NCBI GenBank assembly: GCA_021432655.1
Contig: MU271256.1
Location: forward strand, 1-64,000
Length of the DNA: 64,000 nt
Source of the DNA: Atractiella rhizophila
Lineage: Eukaryota
Direction of reading: 5' to 3'
Both the position numbers and the translations under genes were made by a program. Of this stretch, positions 1 through 12,602 are shown one piece after another. Under the pieces are notes generated by a model that saw only the letters and a list, made by a program, of their open reading frames with translations, made no database searches and was not told the DNA's origin. Position 1 is the stretch's first letter, and every line of letters starts with the position of its first letter.

Positions 1-341
1 GACGTTATAGGGCTTATTTTGATCGTGAAACACTGCGCTACAACTTTACTAGGAACCACCTTGGTCACAATAAGCGAAAATTTCGAGATAGCCACTCCAT
101 CACCTCCTTCATACCCCTAAAACACAATTTTCGACTTTTTGAAGTCAGATCAGGTCTGATGTGGACAATTTTATCACCATTGGATTCACAATAGGCTATT
201 CTACTATCCTACAACAGATAACCTTGATCAGACAAGTCAAAATTTCGAAATTTGCCACCATCACATCAACATCACAACAGCCCTACCTCCTTTCTCCATC
301 ACATCAGTGGATCTTAGGACTCAACCACAGGCTCTGGGAGG

Positions 342-1170
342 ATGTTTGGGATGGAAATGGCTCTTAATGGGTTGGAATTTGCTGGGCTGAACAGTCTTGC
401 TGCAGCAAATGATGTCACTATGCCCCAAGCAAGCCTTGAGTGGATAGCAGACACTGGTGCAACTTCCCACATGTCTCCCCATCGTCATTGGTTCAGAACC
501 TACCAGAAGAAAGTTATTCCTATTAGAGTAGCAAGTGGAGAAGTGATTTGGAGTGCTGGGATTGGGAGCTTGATCTTTGAAACCAAGTTGGGGGAGAAGA
601 AGACCACTACTATTACCATTTCAGACGTCCTACATGTCCCCAAGCTCTGGAACAACCTCCTGTCAGTCTTCAGGCTAACCATCTACAAAGGAATGAGGGT
701 CTCCATCAAGCACAACAAGGTTCTCTTCTTCCAGCATCAAAAACTCTGCCTTACTGCCACTGTGGACTACAAGAATGGAAGCATGGCTGGGATACTCAAT
801 GGGAACACCCTTCCTGCTCCAGAATTTGCTGGAAATGCTTCCACACTGCCTATGGATGCCTCTCTGTGGCACAGAAGACTTGGACATCTTAATTATGAGG
901 ACATCAAGCGTCTGAAGAGGAAGGAACTTGTGAATGGGATGATTTTGGACCTGGAGGATGATCCAGACCCTATTTGCGAGCCATGCCTAGCTGGGAAGCA
1001 ACATAGGGTCTTTAATAAGTCCACAGAGACTAGGGAGAAGGAGATATTGGCTAGAATCAGCTCAGACCTACATGGACCTCTTCCAGTCACATCCAGGGAA
1101 AGATATCAATATTGGGTCACCTTCATTGATGAAGCAACAAATCATTGCACCATCGCCTTCCTTAAGAGTT
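342..1170 (+). mobile_element. Ty1/copia pol fragment (aspartic protease, GAG-pre-integrase, start of integrase), truncated
   Basis: ORF 342..1184 contains WIADTGATSHM (protease), LWHRRLGH...CEPCLAGKQ (HHCC) and SDLHGP..YWVTFID (integrase start), then breaks off. Confidence 0.9.
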
Positions 1171-1199
1171 CCTGGCATCATTAACACTTTAAGGATACG

Positions 1200-1877
1200 A
1201 ATGGCAGATTTCTCAGATTTCAATCATCAACCTCCTGAGCTTCCAGGTGATAGAAGAAGGAAGAAGGTGCTGACCGACAGAGAGAGGAAGGCTGCAGAAT
1301 CAGCCACAATTGCATATGATTGGGATCAGATATACGGAGAGCACATTGATGGCATAGGTGACTTGTTACATAATCGATCATCTAGATATCTGAAGATGCT
1401 GAGTGGTTTGTTTGAGAGGTTGTTTCTTGTCAGTGAAGGAGAACAAATCAGGTTAATTGATGTGTACATAGAACGACTGCAATATATCAGGAAAACAGTT
1501 TCCTGGATTAATGTGAAATGGATAAGTTGGTGCATCGATCTGTTTGGTATGTTTAAACCACTCAGATTAACTTAATACTTTCTCAGGTGTATGTTCTAGA
1601 GCTATGGGCAGATCTCTTTCCGAAAGGAGGTTGGGAACAGAATCTGAAGAGGATTCACCATTTGAGTCCTCATTGTTCTATTTGGAACAGGATGGGACAA
1701 TCTGTGAGTAGGGGACCACATAATGTGGCGGTTGCTTTATTGAAGGGCAATACTGATAAGACTAAAAGCTTAGTAAATTGGGGGATCAACGAGACATCGA
1801 CTATAGAGAACAACTTGGTAGTGGACAGGTATGTAGTTGAAATTGAACTTGATATAATTGACTTGCCTGTGGACTGA
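1200..1877 (+). other. Hypothetical coding remnant of unknown origin
   Basis: Protein-like ORFs 1072..1575 (internal Met at 1200) and 1587..1877; no recognisable motif. Confidence 0.25.
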
Positions 1878-2077
1878 ATATGGCCATAGGTAACAGATCA
1901 GGATTATCTGGCAGGAGGGTCAATCAACTTTGTGGACTAAACATTTATTTCAACATCAGTAACTATAATGCAGAGGTGACAACAGGAGGCACTCAAGTAA
2001 GCAAGTCTTCTTCGAGAAACTGCATGCCTACATTTGTTAGAGCTGGAAAGCTGACAGAGATCATCAGTGTTCCATAC

Positions 2078-2362
2078 CAGACCCCACTTCAGCTGGTGTT
2101 GATAACCTATCAACATAGGCCAGTAAATTATGCTCCTCAGACCCCTCTTGAGCTGCTGTCGATAAAGTATCGACATGGGCTAGTTTTATTCCAATTGCAC
2201 TTCCCTCACCCCTCTTGAGCAGTTGTTGATAACCTAAGTTTCCATGAAATTTTGGTCCTCAGACCCTCTTCAGCTTCTGTCGATAACCTATTGCCAAGGC
2301 ATAGTTTCCTTGAAATTTTGGTTCTCAAACCCTAGTCAGCTGTTGTAGATAACGTATCGACC
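2078..2362. repeat. Degenerate tandem array, 5 units of ~55-70 bp
   Basis: Core cagacccc..tt(c/g)agctg.tgt.gataac.tatc recurs at ~2078, 2138, 2207, 2260, 2326. Confidence 0.75.
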
Positions 2363-2499
2363 TTGACTGGATTTGTGTTCTTATCTGAGACAGGGTTCTA
2401 CCCCGGTTGGCTGAGAGCCAACATTTTCGTCAGGATGCTGTTTTGATGGAGGCAGGGTTGTATCCTGGGGTGCCTACTGTTAGTAATCAAACAAGATAC

Positions 2500-2825
2500 C
2501 CTCTCATCGGTGGCAAATCATTTCTGTTGACATCATAGGTCCTTTACCAATGAGTAGCAGATATAATGCTATCTTGGTTATGATTGATCGTCTCTCTAAA
2601 CACACACACTACATTCCCTCTACACACATGATGGACTCTGCAGGTTTGGCTCACATTTTTTGAGATCATGTTTGGAAACTCCATGGCCTGCCTGAAGAAA
2701 TCACATCAGACAGAGGGTAAGAGTTAGGAGATTTATGATGGATCTGTACTCATTTCTTGGATTCGTTGGACACCATTGACTGCCTATCACGCTCAGACAG
2801 ATGAGCAGACTGAAAAAGCTACACA
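2500..2825 (+). mobile_element. Ty3/gypsy integrase remnant
   Basis: Hand translation gives NAILVMIDRLSKHTHYIP, VWKLHGLPEEITSDRG and TAYHAQTDEQTE, with stops and frameshifts. Confidence 0.8.
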
Positions 2826-3479
2826 AACATATATTGAGCCCTCAACTCTAAATAGGCTAAAATAGGCAATCTGGGGGTGATCCTGACAATACCCTCCTAT
2901 TTTCTGGATCTGAAAGGTACTGAAAATATCCAAAGACAAGATCGATCACTGTCGGTTTCTTACTGACCATGGGAAGCCTCTAGGAGATGGAGCTTGTGGT
3001 CACAACAGTGTATTGTGGTTTGCGTCGAAGCACCAAATATGCATTGTGCCAGCGTATGGTGTAAAGTGTTTATGTGGAAGGAAGACCAATGAGCCATGAC
3101 CATAGTTTTCACAAGGAAGATATACCAATGTACATATTGCCACCATTAAAGATGTCTAGCCCAACTTCAATTATCCATTGGAGAAGGCATCAAGGGCGTT
3201 AAAGATCCTTTGCAATGGAGCATACAACATTAACTCTTGTGGGGTTGTTGTGACTGCCTTGAGTGCGGTGAAAATGACGAATTGCAAAAAGGTGGCACTT
3301 TGAGAGTAGGATTTTTGTGGTGGAAGTCATCAATGGCACCTTTGGCGTGGTCTTGAAGGTTTTGGAGTGGTTTTCAAGAGTCACTGGCCACAGTGTATCC
3401 TTTCCATCGTACACAGTATTGAAACTTTCCACCTCTTCTTTTCCTCATAAATCTCCTCTGCTTCATATTCTTCCACACC

Positions 3480-4130
3480 ATCACCATTAATAGTGTCTGG
3501 TACAGGAGGGGCAAGCATGTCCGGTTATGCCTTGTTTAACAGGCAGACATGGAATGTTGGATGTATCTTCCAGTGTGCAGAGAGATTAAGTCGGATGTTC
3601 CAGTCACCAATTTTCTGTAAAATCTTGAAAGTCCATACCACTTGTCTGAGAGTTTCTTGATAGGTCTCATCGTTGTGATATTTTTTGCACTGACCCGGAC
3701 TAAATCACCATTGTAGTAGGGTGTTGCAGGCGATCTCTTCCAGTCATAAAACTTTGCCATCTCGTCAGCTGCCTTCCTCTGTAGCAGTTCTTAGCCAGAG
3801 TTTGTACAAGTTCCGAGTGGTGGTGGTGGTGGTTGACCTTTATTTTTGCCCTCATACACACATTTAGCTATCACACCTCAATACTGACTCTGCCTCTGCC
3901 TCTGCCTCCTTCATATCCTTTACAAACTGGTCTGCTGCTGGAAATGTCATGTATGTTACTGATTCAAAGTGCAGTCGGAGATGTTGGCTACAATCAAGCA
4001 TAAAGTGAGAGTATTGTGTGGAAGAATATATCCGATTGTTGTAGGAGAGCTTAGCAAGCAAGGCCAATTGAGCCCAATCTCTTGGCCATAGTTAACAAAA
4101 ATATATGAAAATTGCCTCAGGGTCTTGATT
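3480..4130 (-). mobile_element. Ty3/gypsy integrase C-terminal remnant
   Basis: LAKLSYNNRIYSSTQYS and GDLVRVSAKNITTMRPIKKLSDKWYG; the frame ESVLR|KAADEMAKFYD is restored on removing the 3780-3875 insert. Confidence 0.8.
3780..3875. mobile_element. 96-bp TG...CA insertion (very short solo-LTR-like), TSD CCTC
   Basis: cctc|tgtagcag...gctatcaca|cctc; interrupts the integrase frame. Confidence 0.8.
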
Positions 4131-4180
4131 TATTCTTTTTTTCACATTTCTGTTTCCCCATCTCTTTGCCCTACATATGT

Positions 4181-4279
4181 TGTAGTTGTTCTTAGTGGGA
4201 GGTTGTACCAGTTGCGAGTGGTGGTAGTGGTGGTTGTAGTTGACTCTCTAATTTTGCCTTTGTACGTTTAGCTACCACA
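4181..4279. mobile_element. 99-bp TG...CA insertion related to 3780-3875, TSD ATGT/ACGT
   Basis: Same internal sequence (gttcttag..ttgtac.agtt.cgagtggtggt...tttagcta.caca); TSD copies differ by one CpG transition. Confidence 0.75.
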
Positions 4280-4459
4280 ACGTGACCTTTGCACCATATC
4301 TTAGATGAAGTTAGAGTTATTGTATTTGTAGCTGTTTAGCCCTTTATGTATATAGGCAAGAACAATGCCCCGAGAGACCTAGTTTGTTCTCTCAGGATTT
4401 CTGCTTAGCATTGTCCTTGCAGTACATGACCTAATACATCACATTCACACACAGCTTTG

Positions 4460-4570
4460 CATCCACCCAAACAAATTTGTCTCAGATGTCACCACAGCCC
4501 TCTATGGACTTCTTGGGATTCAAGCAGCTCCATCAGCAGCATACCATCCTCAAACTGATGGTTAAACTAG
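4460..4570 (+). mobile_element. Short gypsy integrase fragment
   Basis: Translates FVSDVTTALYGLLGIQAAPSAAYHPQTDG. Confidence 0.7.
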
Positions 4571-4732
4571 GCACATCAGACTTCAAGATTGCCTATAGCT
4601 ACCATGGAGGAGGACTCACTGGCTCCAGACTCAGACTAATTTAATGGGGTTACACATGGTGAAAACTGCATAGTTTACAATTGTCATTCATTCTATTCAC
4701 CATAGAATTGTCACACTTGACAACACCTCACT

Positions 4733-6407
4733 TCAATAAAAGAAGAGCCGTAAGTTCAGGTAATCTGAAGACCTGCCTCCATCCTTCAAATTTTTCCTCC
4801 ACTTCTCCGGATCTCTGAGTGCTTCATATATTTTAGGTGACCATTCAAACTGTGGAGCAACCAGATATAACACACGCAATGTGTCTTTAAAGAGGGCAGA
4901 TGTCATGGTCAAAATATGGCAACCTGCTCCCTTTCCAAAGCAACGGGTAAGGGCCAACTCTTGTAAACTGGGAGTGAAGGGTCCAGTGCAGGGGAACTCC
5001 CAATCTGCTAACGGGAAGTGACGCAGTTCAAGAACTTGTAAGCGGGGTATTTGAGCAACAAGGTCATAGAAGTCCTTGGTGAGATATAAAGGATGTACCT
5101 CGGAGCGAGTAGGCCAGGCAGCATGCTCCTGAGGTGCCCAGCCGGGATACTCCCTGCCGGAGAGTCGCAGAATCTCCAATGTTCCCTTGCAAGCTCGCAA
5201 AATGGGGTACAGAAAAGTGTCCAGGGATTCGTCGGGAATGAAAAGCTCCAACAATCTGAAATGCGGCAGTGGCTCGTTGCGGCGGATAGTATTGGTCAGG
5301 ACGTTGATCACAAACGAATCTCGAGTCGTGAGTTCCTCTTCCTCGTAGTCACCGTACAACATGCGCAAATCTTGTATGGTGTTCGGTAAAACAAGATCCA
5401 CAGGGACTGCATGAGTCTCAAAGCTACAATGCCAGACTACGGGATTATCGCGGGCTAACTCATAATGCTCGGTATTTTGCGAAAACCAGAGCTTCTCCTG
5501 TCGTGGTCTATGACTAGAAAGAATGTTGATTGTTTTCCATCCCTCCATGTATTGAATGAGGTTGACAAGTTGCGGTTCAGCATCATCGAGAACTTGGAGC
5601 TCCGTGAGTGTGGTGTTCCGCTTCAGTAATCCGTATCCATCAAAAAACTGGAACGAGTCGAAAACGGCAGTGAGATCGCTGAAAACCGACAAGGTACGCA
5701 GAGAAGTGCATTTCGAAAACAGCTTGAGAATCGAAATACGCTGCAGCAGATCCAGCTGCTCGGAAGGTATAGCATAACGAAGGTGTCGAACAAATGCGGC
5801 GGTCTCGGGGCAGTTTCGGAACTTTCGCAGCAGGGAATGGACGTCTCGCAAGCTCCTAAGCGCTGGCGGAGTGTCGTATAATGCTCTTTGGACCTATGTA
5901 CGACATTTCACGTTTCCATGACGTCGTCTAAGCGATGAAAACATACGTACCGTTGGATACAATCGGCAGGATAAATACAGGAGTTCGAAAGTGTTGTCGT
6001 CCCACTGCGGCACCGCTTTATTGAAGATCATTTGCAAAATTTCCGTGGGAAGGCTCTCTAAGCCGCTCCTTGGCAAGAGTGTTTGCGGTAGCTTCACTTT
6101 AGGCAGGCAAGCGGCTGATGAATCGGCCGGTAACGTCCTTTTGTAGTGCCATTGTTCTAACTCTCTCACCAGTGCCTCTGACTCGACAAGTGAGCTTTCG
6201 TTGTAGTGGTGATTATCTCCAACAGGGTCAAGTTTGAACGACGCACAAGAATGCTCCAGCCAGCTCATACACGTTACCCCATACCTCTTGCAGGTCTTCG
6301 TCCGACTCCGAATCGTTGAAGATGACCGCCTTACCCCATTTGAGAAGCCACTGGTCGAGAAAAGTGGTGACTTCTGCCTGTGCATCTGCCGCTAAACTCA
6401 TTGTCAT
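4733..6407 (-). CDS. F-box-like protein with C-terminal LRR/RNI-like region, 3 exons
   Basis: LESLPTEILQMIF F-box-like motif; GT-AG introns join ORFs 6228..6437, 5894..6385 and 4733..5851 (…LYPT|VQRALYDTP…VRHLRY); LxxLxL repeats; no internal stops. Confidence 0.7.
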
Positions 6408-6656
6408 GTAAGATTGGATAAAACTCAAGAAGAACACTACAGAGTAGAAATGGCTCCGTTCAGTCGCTAGCCTGACCTCTGTTCTTATGGGAGGAAATTG
6501 GAAAATTTCTTTGTGCGATGGCGGCGCAGTAACAAAACAAACTTTTCAACAATGGCAACAATAGTTGTTGAGGCATACGGTTAAGGTTATGTTAACGCTC
6601 TCTTTCTTCCGAGCAAGCCACGGAAGCTCGTCACACTGTTTTGAAACCGAGGAAAG

Positions 6657-6942
6657 CCTTGGTACCCAGTGCCCTTTTTACCTACGGGTGCAGGGGAACA
6701 CCGACCGGTGACAACTCGCCTTTAGGCCCGCCTCGTCCCTCGGGGAGAAGTCACCTGACTCAGTCGTGCAAACATTTTTTCGTGTTTCAAATGGTCTTTG
6801 TTGTATACGCTTCGAAAGGCGCCGACACGCGTATTATGGTGGTATACTCACAATTCTGAAGGGTTGTTATGGGCGGTGAGATGAGGGCTTAAAAGTACAT
6901 GCGTGAGTCATGCTGAAACCCGTCGTGCTTTTTACACAAGGA
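6657..6942 (-). mobile_element. Miniature non-autonomous Helitron (~285 bp) related to the large copies
   Basis: Minus strand begins TCCTTGTGTAAAAAGCACGACGGG (large copy: TCCTTATATATAAAGCACGACGGG); 6750-6930 aligns to the 5' region; cctcgtccctcggg and cagtgccct resemble the 3' end; the 3' terminus itself is degenerate. Confidence 0.65.
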
Positions 6943-8929
6943 AAGGAAACCGCATAAACCGACCCCTTTCCCAACCACTTGATTCCGTTCCAGTCTTCTT
7001 CTTGGATCAATGCAAGTGTATGCGTTTTGACTTTCCTTGTCCGATGAGGATGATAAGAGTGCAGATGTGTGACAAGAAGGAGGACTGAGGATACCTGTGT
7101 TATGGTGAATTGATCCCTTGGTTTGTTGATGCCTAGTCTCTTTCGTACTCTGGTGCTTAGTTGTGTTGTAACCTGTTGTTCTTGCGGGATGTGAATAATT
7201 TCTTTGCTATTTACACACTTTATACACTCATGAAACAAGGATTCTAGAATAGTAGCGAAAGCGTAAAGTGGGAACAAAGTGAAAACACAAGACCAAGGAG
7301 CAAGTGAACAATCAGGATGAAGAATGAACGACAACACAAAGATAGCTCGAGAGCGGGATGAGCGTCGAACTATAACTATACTATAAGCTCGAGAGTAAGT
7401 CGACGGTGGAGGCCGGATGAATCCACGAGGAAGGGAACTATTGAGCTACCAACATTGGATCGATGGAAGCAAGAAACTGTACCGAGGAGGAAAACAGCTT
7501 GTTCTCCGTCGCTGCCTCCTCCACGACGTCCCGGACACGATACACACGCACAATACGACTCTCTCTATTTCTTATGCACTTTCTTTTCGTCAGTTACAGA
7601 AGTGCCTTTCCGGTCGGTTCGACTTCCAGGAGATCAGAATAAACGCTTCCGGTCTAAGACTAAATGCATTAAGGTCTATCTTGATGTGGCGTGAGACTAC
7701 ATATCTCACAAGAACATTCAGGAGCGTGGGAATAATAAGGACACAAACAAATGCTGTCAAGAGAAACACTGCAAAGTAATTCCAGATCGAAATTGCGTTG
7801 CGTAGAGGACACGACGGAGCAGGAACACCAGGCACAAATCCGTCCCTAAGTACCGATGAGAGAAGAACCAGCAAAAAAAGTGGACAGTGGACGTCATGGC
7901 AGAATGCTGTGACTGCGAGATGCGAGATGCGGCGGGGGTTTCATCGCGACGTCGCGTCTTGCTTAGTCGCTGTTGGGTGGCTGCAATGTCAACAACCCTA
8001 GTGCTATTTCTTAACAATCGACTTTCACTTATGAGGGACCAGCAAGGACAGTGGAGCGGTGGACAGCAGGCTAATAATTGAAGGAGAGGAAGAGAGCGGA
8101 GCGGTTTGTCCTGTTATACTGCATCTCTCAGCTCAGCTCTCTCTTATTCACACCACAAGCGGCACGGCAAGCGATGAACGTGAGAGATTTTCTAGCTTTG
8201 TCTACCTTATCTGGCCTTATCTGGCCTTATTTGCATTCTCTGTCTTCTTTGACCTTCTGTGGCCTTCTGTAGGCTTATTTCATCCACCCATGAAGGCACC
8301 TCATAAAGCGAGCCTCTCCCGCCTGAAGTACCCGCTTGCACTCTGCACGTCTAGGATAATGACCTCCTCCCCAATTTGTTTGGAGATCCTTCCCCAACAA
8401 CCACAGCAATATGCAGTGGAGGAAGCCGAGGAGGTGTCTGCTAAAGGTGGAAAAGTACTGTATAAGATAATTTACGGAGCAGTGAAGAGAGATGAGGGGG
8501 ACATGGAGGTGGATGAAGAAGACGGCTTACTGGGGGTTAAGGTGTGTCCCTTGTTCGAGCCGTGGCCTTAACGTCGTCCCCCAGAAAACCATTGTTAAAG
8601 GGCCCGCCACCGTGATATTTACAAATACAAGTGTGTCAGTGCCCTCGTCCCTCGGGCATCCCCCCCCGCCAGGGGCTTCGCCCCTTGGACCCCAGCCTCC
8701 GGCGGCCACTGCGTGGAGCTCTTGCCTCTGGCAGCCACTGCATGGGGCCTCGCCTTCGGCGAGGACAGACTCACCATATGTACTCTACTGTCTTCAAAAA
8801 ACAATGAAAAGCTGAGTGGTCTCCTCGTACCTCAGAGAACCACTTCAGCTTTTGACTATACTGTTAGGAACATGCTGAGAGATGATCAGTGATTGAGTAC
8901 TCGTAACACTTCTTTGTAAACTACATTAT

Positions 8930-9419
8930 TGTCAGGCTTGCCCCTACGCATTACCGAAATGCACATTCCAAAGTCACGTGACCTAACTTTACTACGTCAT
9001 GAGATCACGTGCCTACCCGTCGCCGCTTTGCTCACGTTCGTGCTGACCGCCGCCTTCCCCCGTCTCACACGAATCGCCGCTCAGCAAACCTTATACATTT
9101 CGCCGGTCTGCACCTTCTCCATTATCGCCTTATTATCCTTTCTCACTTGTACTGCTCAGTATGTCTTATTTCCGATTGTTCCCTTTATTGCTTTCCTGAT
9201 CTAGATATCTTACATGTTTCAAGAAACGTATGTTACAGTTTATGGCAGTGCCTTTACATATGTATATATACATCGAGATGTAGTGGTGGTGACCTCAGAG
9301 TATTCTCTTAGGTTTACCTCCACTACAGGTTAGTCTCTCATGCCATACTATTCACTTAGGTTTACCTCCACTACAGACACATCGCCTATCGGCGACCGCA
9401 CATAGTGTCAGCCCTAACA
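8930..9419. mobile_element. Solo LTR (490 bp) inserted in Helitron A, TSD ATTAT
   Basis: attat|tgtcaggc...gccctaaca|attat; copy B has the empty site (one ataat at ~39615). Confidence 0.92.
9279..9375. repeat. 97-bp TGTAGTGG...CCACTACA unit nested in the solo LTR
   Basis: tgtagtggtggtgacctcagag pairs imperfectly with ctcttaggtttacctccactaca, whose 3' part is duplicated; flanks gaga/gaca. Confidence 0.55.
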
Positions 9420-9467
9420 ATTATCTGTTTGCTTGCTTTCCTCTCCTTGCTTTGTTTTGACCAATAC

Positions 9468-12205
9468 TCATAAATTGTTCACATTTGAAACCCGTGAAAG
9501 ACAAACATAAAGCTGCCCATGAGAGAAAGGAGAAGACTCTGAGTACAAACCCACATGTCCAACAGATTGTCCTTGCGCTTTATTCAGAGTTAAGGCAAAC
9601 GCTAAGCGCACAGGGAACTGAAAGCGCCGGAATTGAAAAGGAAGCTGGTTTGATACTACACTGTCAGTGCCGATTCGAGGAATGAGAACTGATTCGCCAC
9701 TGTGTGCACCTGTAATGATGGTTGCTTCGATGACTCGCTGGAGAAGCTGACTATGAGGTGTGTGCCATTGCACAGGCCAGCAGATGGATTGAGATTTCGC
9801 AGAAGAATGATGGATGCACCGATCTTGAGGTGTAAATGATGTGAAGGGAATCCAGAGATCTCCAGGGTATTCAGGTACTCAACAGAGAAGCGATTTCTGA
9901 GATCTCCCTCGTCATCTATAATTTGATCTGCACTATAATATACCCGATCTCCTGTGGATTCGAGCCACTGAATCAAGTGATCGTTGATGCCATCCACATC
10001 CACATTCTTTGCTGCTAGAATCATACGAACCCGGAAGTATTCTTCAAGGAAGTTCAGAGCAAGGATATTTGGCAGAGAACCTAGTTATCCGTAAATTGAG
10101 TGCAACAGACCATCTAGTCCTTCATGGGATGGAATAATAGACCCATCTGGTATCGTTAAGGCTCCACATCCATTGTCTGATGGATTATCAATGAGACCAT
10201 TTCCAACATCAAGGAGCCACTGGGCAAATCTGGTCACAGGCTGAAATTCGGCTGGTGTCATTTCCTGTTGGCCGCGAAGAAGGCGCATATTGGTTTTCAA
10301 AGGCAGGACTTGAACATTCGGCCAGAAGTAAGAATTAATGATGCAGGCATCCACAATCTGAGCTCGGCTTCCATTTGGCACTACCGAAAGACACTGTCTG
10401 CCATCTCCTGTGAACAGTATGTTAATAAAGAACTACTTAAAGGGAAGTATCATACCATAGAAAACCATAAGTGTTCCTCCAAGTGGTCTTGAATCCTTTT
10501 TAAGGTCCTGTCCCAGCCGATCCACACAGCTGATGGAGAGGCGATCACTCATAATGGCTTCATCCCATAGGATAATTTCTGCCTCGACATATAGCCTTGC
10601 ATGATCACTTTGAGCGGAAATACCACAAACTGATTGTGCATCTGCATTGAGGGGAATCTTGAATCACGTATGAGCAGTACAACCACCTTCAAGCAGAATA
10701 ACAGCAATTCTAGAAGAGGCTACTGCTAGTACAATCTTCTTGGATGACCTTACTCTTGCCAGTATAAGATTCTGAACAAAAGTCTTTCCAGTTCCTCCAG
10801 GCCCATCAAGAAAGAAGAGTCCTCCGGTGCCATTCTGCCAGGCTTCGATAATTGTATCATATGCATGTCGTTGATCCTCATTCATAAGAGGAAGATCCCT
10901 ATCAAGACGTTGCTCTAACTCCGTAATGTTGTACGCCAGCTCTTCTCCAATTATTCTTGTCTCTCCACCCCATCGTACAAACCTGTGAGCAGGTAACGGC
11001 AACCTATACTCCTCTAGTGTCTTGCCTAGACCATGTAGCAGGTCCTCTACCTCAATAAGGCATAAGTCTCGGATCTGGTCTTCAGAAGGTGCAGCGATTC
11101 CATAAACTGTTTGCAGAAGATGTGCACAATCGTCATTGAGCTTGTCATAGTGTCTTCGAAACAGTTGTAATAGTTCACTTGCAACTCCAAAAACCAAAAT
11201 GTAGACAAAAAGAGAACGAATTGCTGATCCTTGTTTGATTGCGTTTGCATCTTCTAGACACAAATCCCATTCTTCATCACTTTCCAGTAGACCTGATGCC
11301 ACACAGGCTGCTTTGAATGTTTCGGAAACTTGACCATCAATTGTATGAATGTCCTCAAAAGATTTAGGACTTGGGATCTTGTGAAGAAGTAGTCGAAGAT
11401 AAAAGAGCTCCCCTTGTGACGGCACAATGTAAAATATCCGACCAATAGCATCACCTTTCTCACATATCTTCCAGCACTTTGAATTACTCTGCCAGACCAA
11501 ATGTCGAGGGGCTTGAGGATAGATCCACGATCGGGAGACCTGGGGAGAATCACGGCAAAATTGGAAAAATTCGCTAAGCATTGTTTTTCCGACATTTCTT
11601 CGTGAAAGTATATCTTCAGGTTGACCATCATCTGCATTAAAAATAACCATCTGTTGATTTGGAAGATGAATGCTCAGTCGAATCACAGTTGGAGAGTGAT
11701 CATGAAGCTTGAAGTGGAAAATCCGCCAGCATTTTATAATCATACTTAATCCTTAACCTTTGAGGAATGGACTGAACAAACCTTCTGCAGCACCCACATA
11801 TCGTGCATCTAAATACTCTTTAATCTCATCCACTGGCTCTCTTGCTCCACTGAAATCTGATTCTATGACTAATTGTGCTCTATCCGGCCCTTTGTATACG
11901 TATTTGAATATATACTTGAGTGAACGAATTGAGATACAGATCTCAGTGTTGATGTGAGCCAGAAACTTCCTCAGGACCCAAGCATTAAAAGGCACTACCC
12001 ATCGATTATCATATATAAACTCTTGGTCCCGTATCATCTTGTCTCATGCTGAGGTGGAGTAGGTGGAGTAGGATTAAAACGTGCAGGGCGTCGCCTCTCT
12101 CTTGCAGGTCGACCGTGGTGTAGTGGTGCCTCCTGCTGCAGAGATTGATGCCGTTTGGATTGGCGCTCTCGATTTCTTGTTTGATTTCTCTGAATTGCAC
12201 GTGGC
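9468..12205 (-). pseudogene. Helitron RepHel remnant (N-terminal stub fused to Rep motif 3 plus Pif1 helicase)
   Basis: ORFs 11753..12037, 10664..11743, 10085..10381, 9656..10024, 9468..9773 with stops, frameshifts and introns. Confidence 0.9.
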
Positions 12206-12510
12206 ATGAGAGTGTAGCTTGCTGCACATAACAAAATGATATGAGTGAAGAATATATAAGCCAGAGTCCACACACCTATGCTTTTTTTGCTTGATTTGAC
12301 TTGATGCTAATGGGCTCAGGGATACTATGGTAGACTGTTAGGAAGCATATTTGTGGTGAAAGAAACTGTTTCACTTGCATGAATGCTTGCTCACTTTCCC
12401 TCATAGTTGGCAAACAACAGTTTTTGGCACACAACCTGAGAAATCACAGAAAGCCAAAGCCCTGAAGAAATCGTGTGCACACAGTTTGCACACAATAGGA
12501 TTTGGCAGTG

Positions 12511-12602
12511 AAAAAATGTGACATGACTGAGACTCGAACCCACACCAGCACCAATAAGTCAAGACTCAACTACCAACCATACACCAACTACACCATCACA
12601 CG
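12511..12602 (-). ncRNA. tRNA-like Pol III cassette within Helitron A
   Basis: A-box TGGTGTAGTTGG, B-box GGTTCGAGTCT, degenerate acceptor stem, downstream T6 run; no clean anticodon arm. Confidence 0.55.

Noticed and set aside
2078..2362. CRISPR-like array
   Set aside because: Eukaryotic context, degenerate units, no unique spacers or cas genes
7400..8050. Membrane-protein exon (ORF 7590..7874)
   Set aside because: A single hydrophobic stretch with no supportable gene structure
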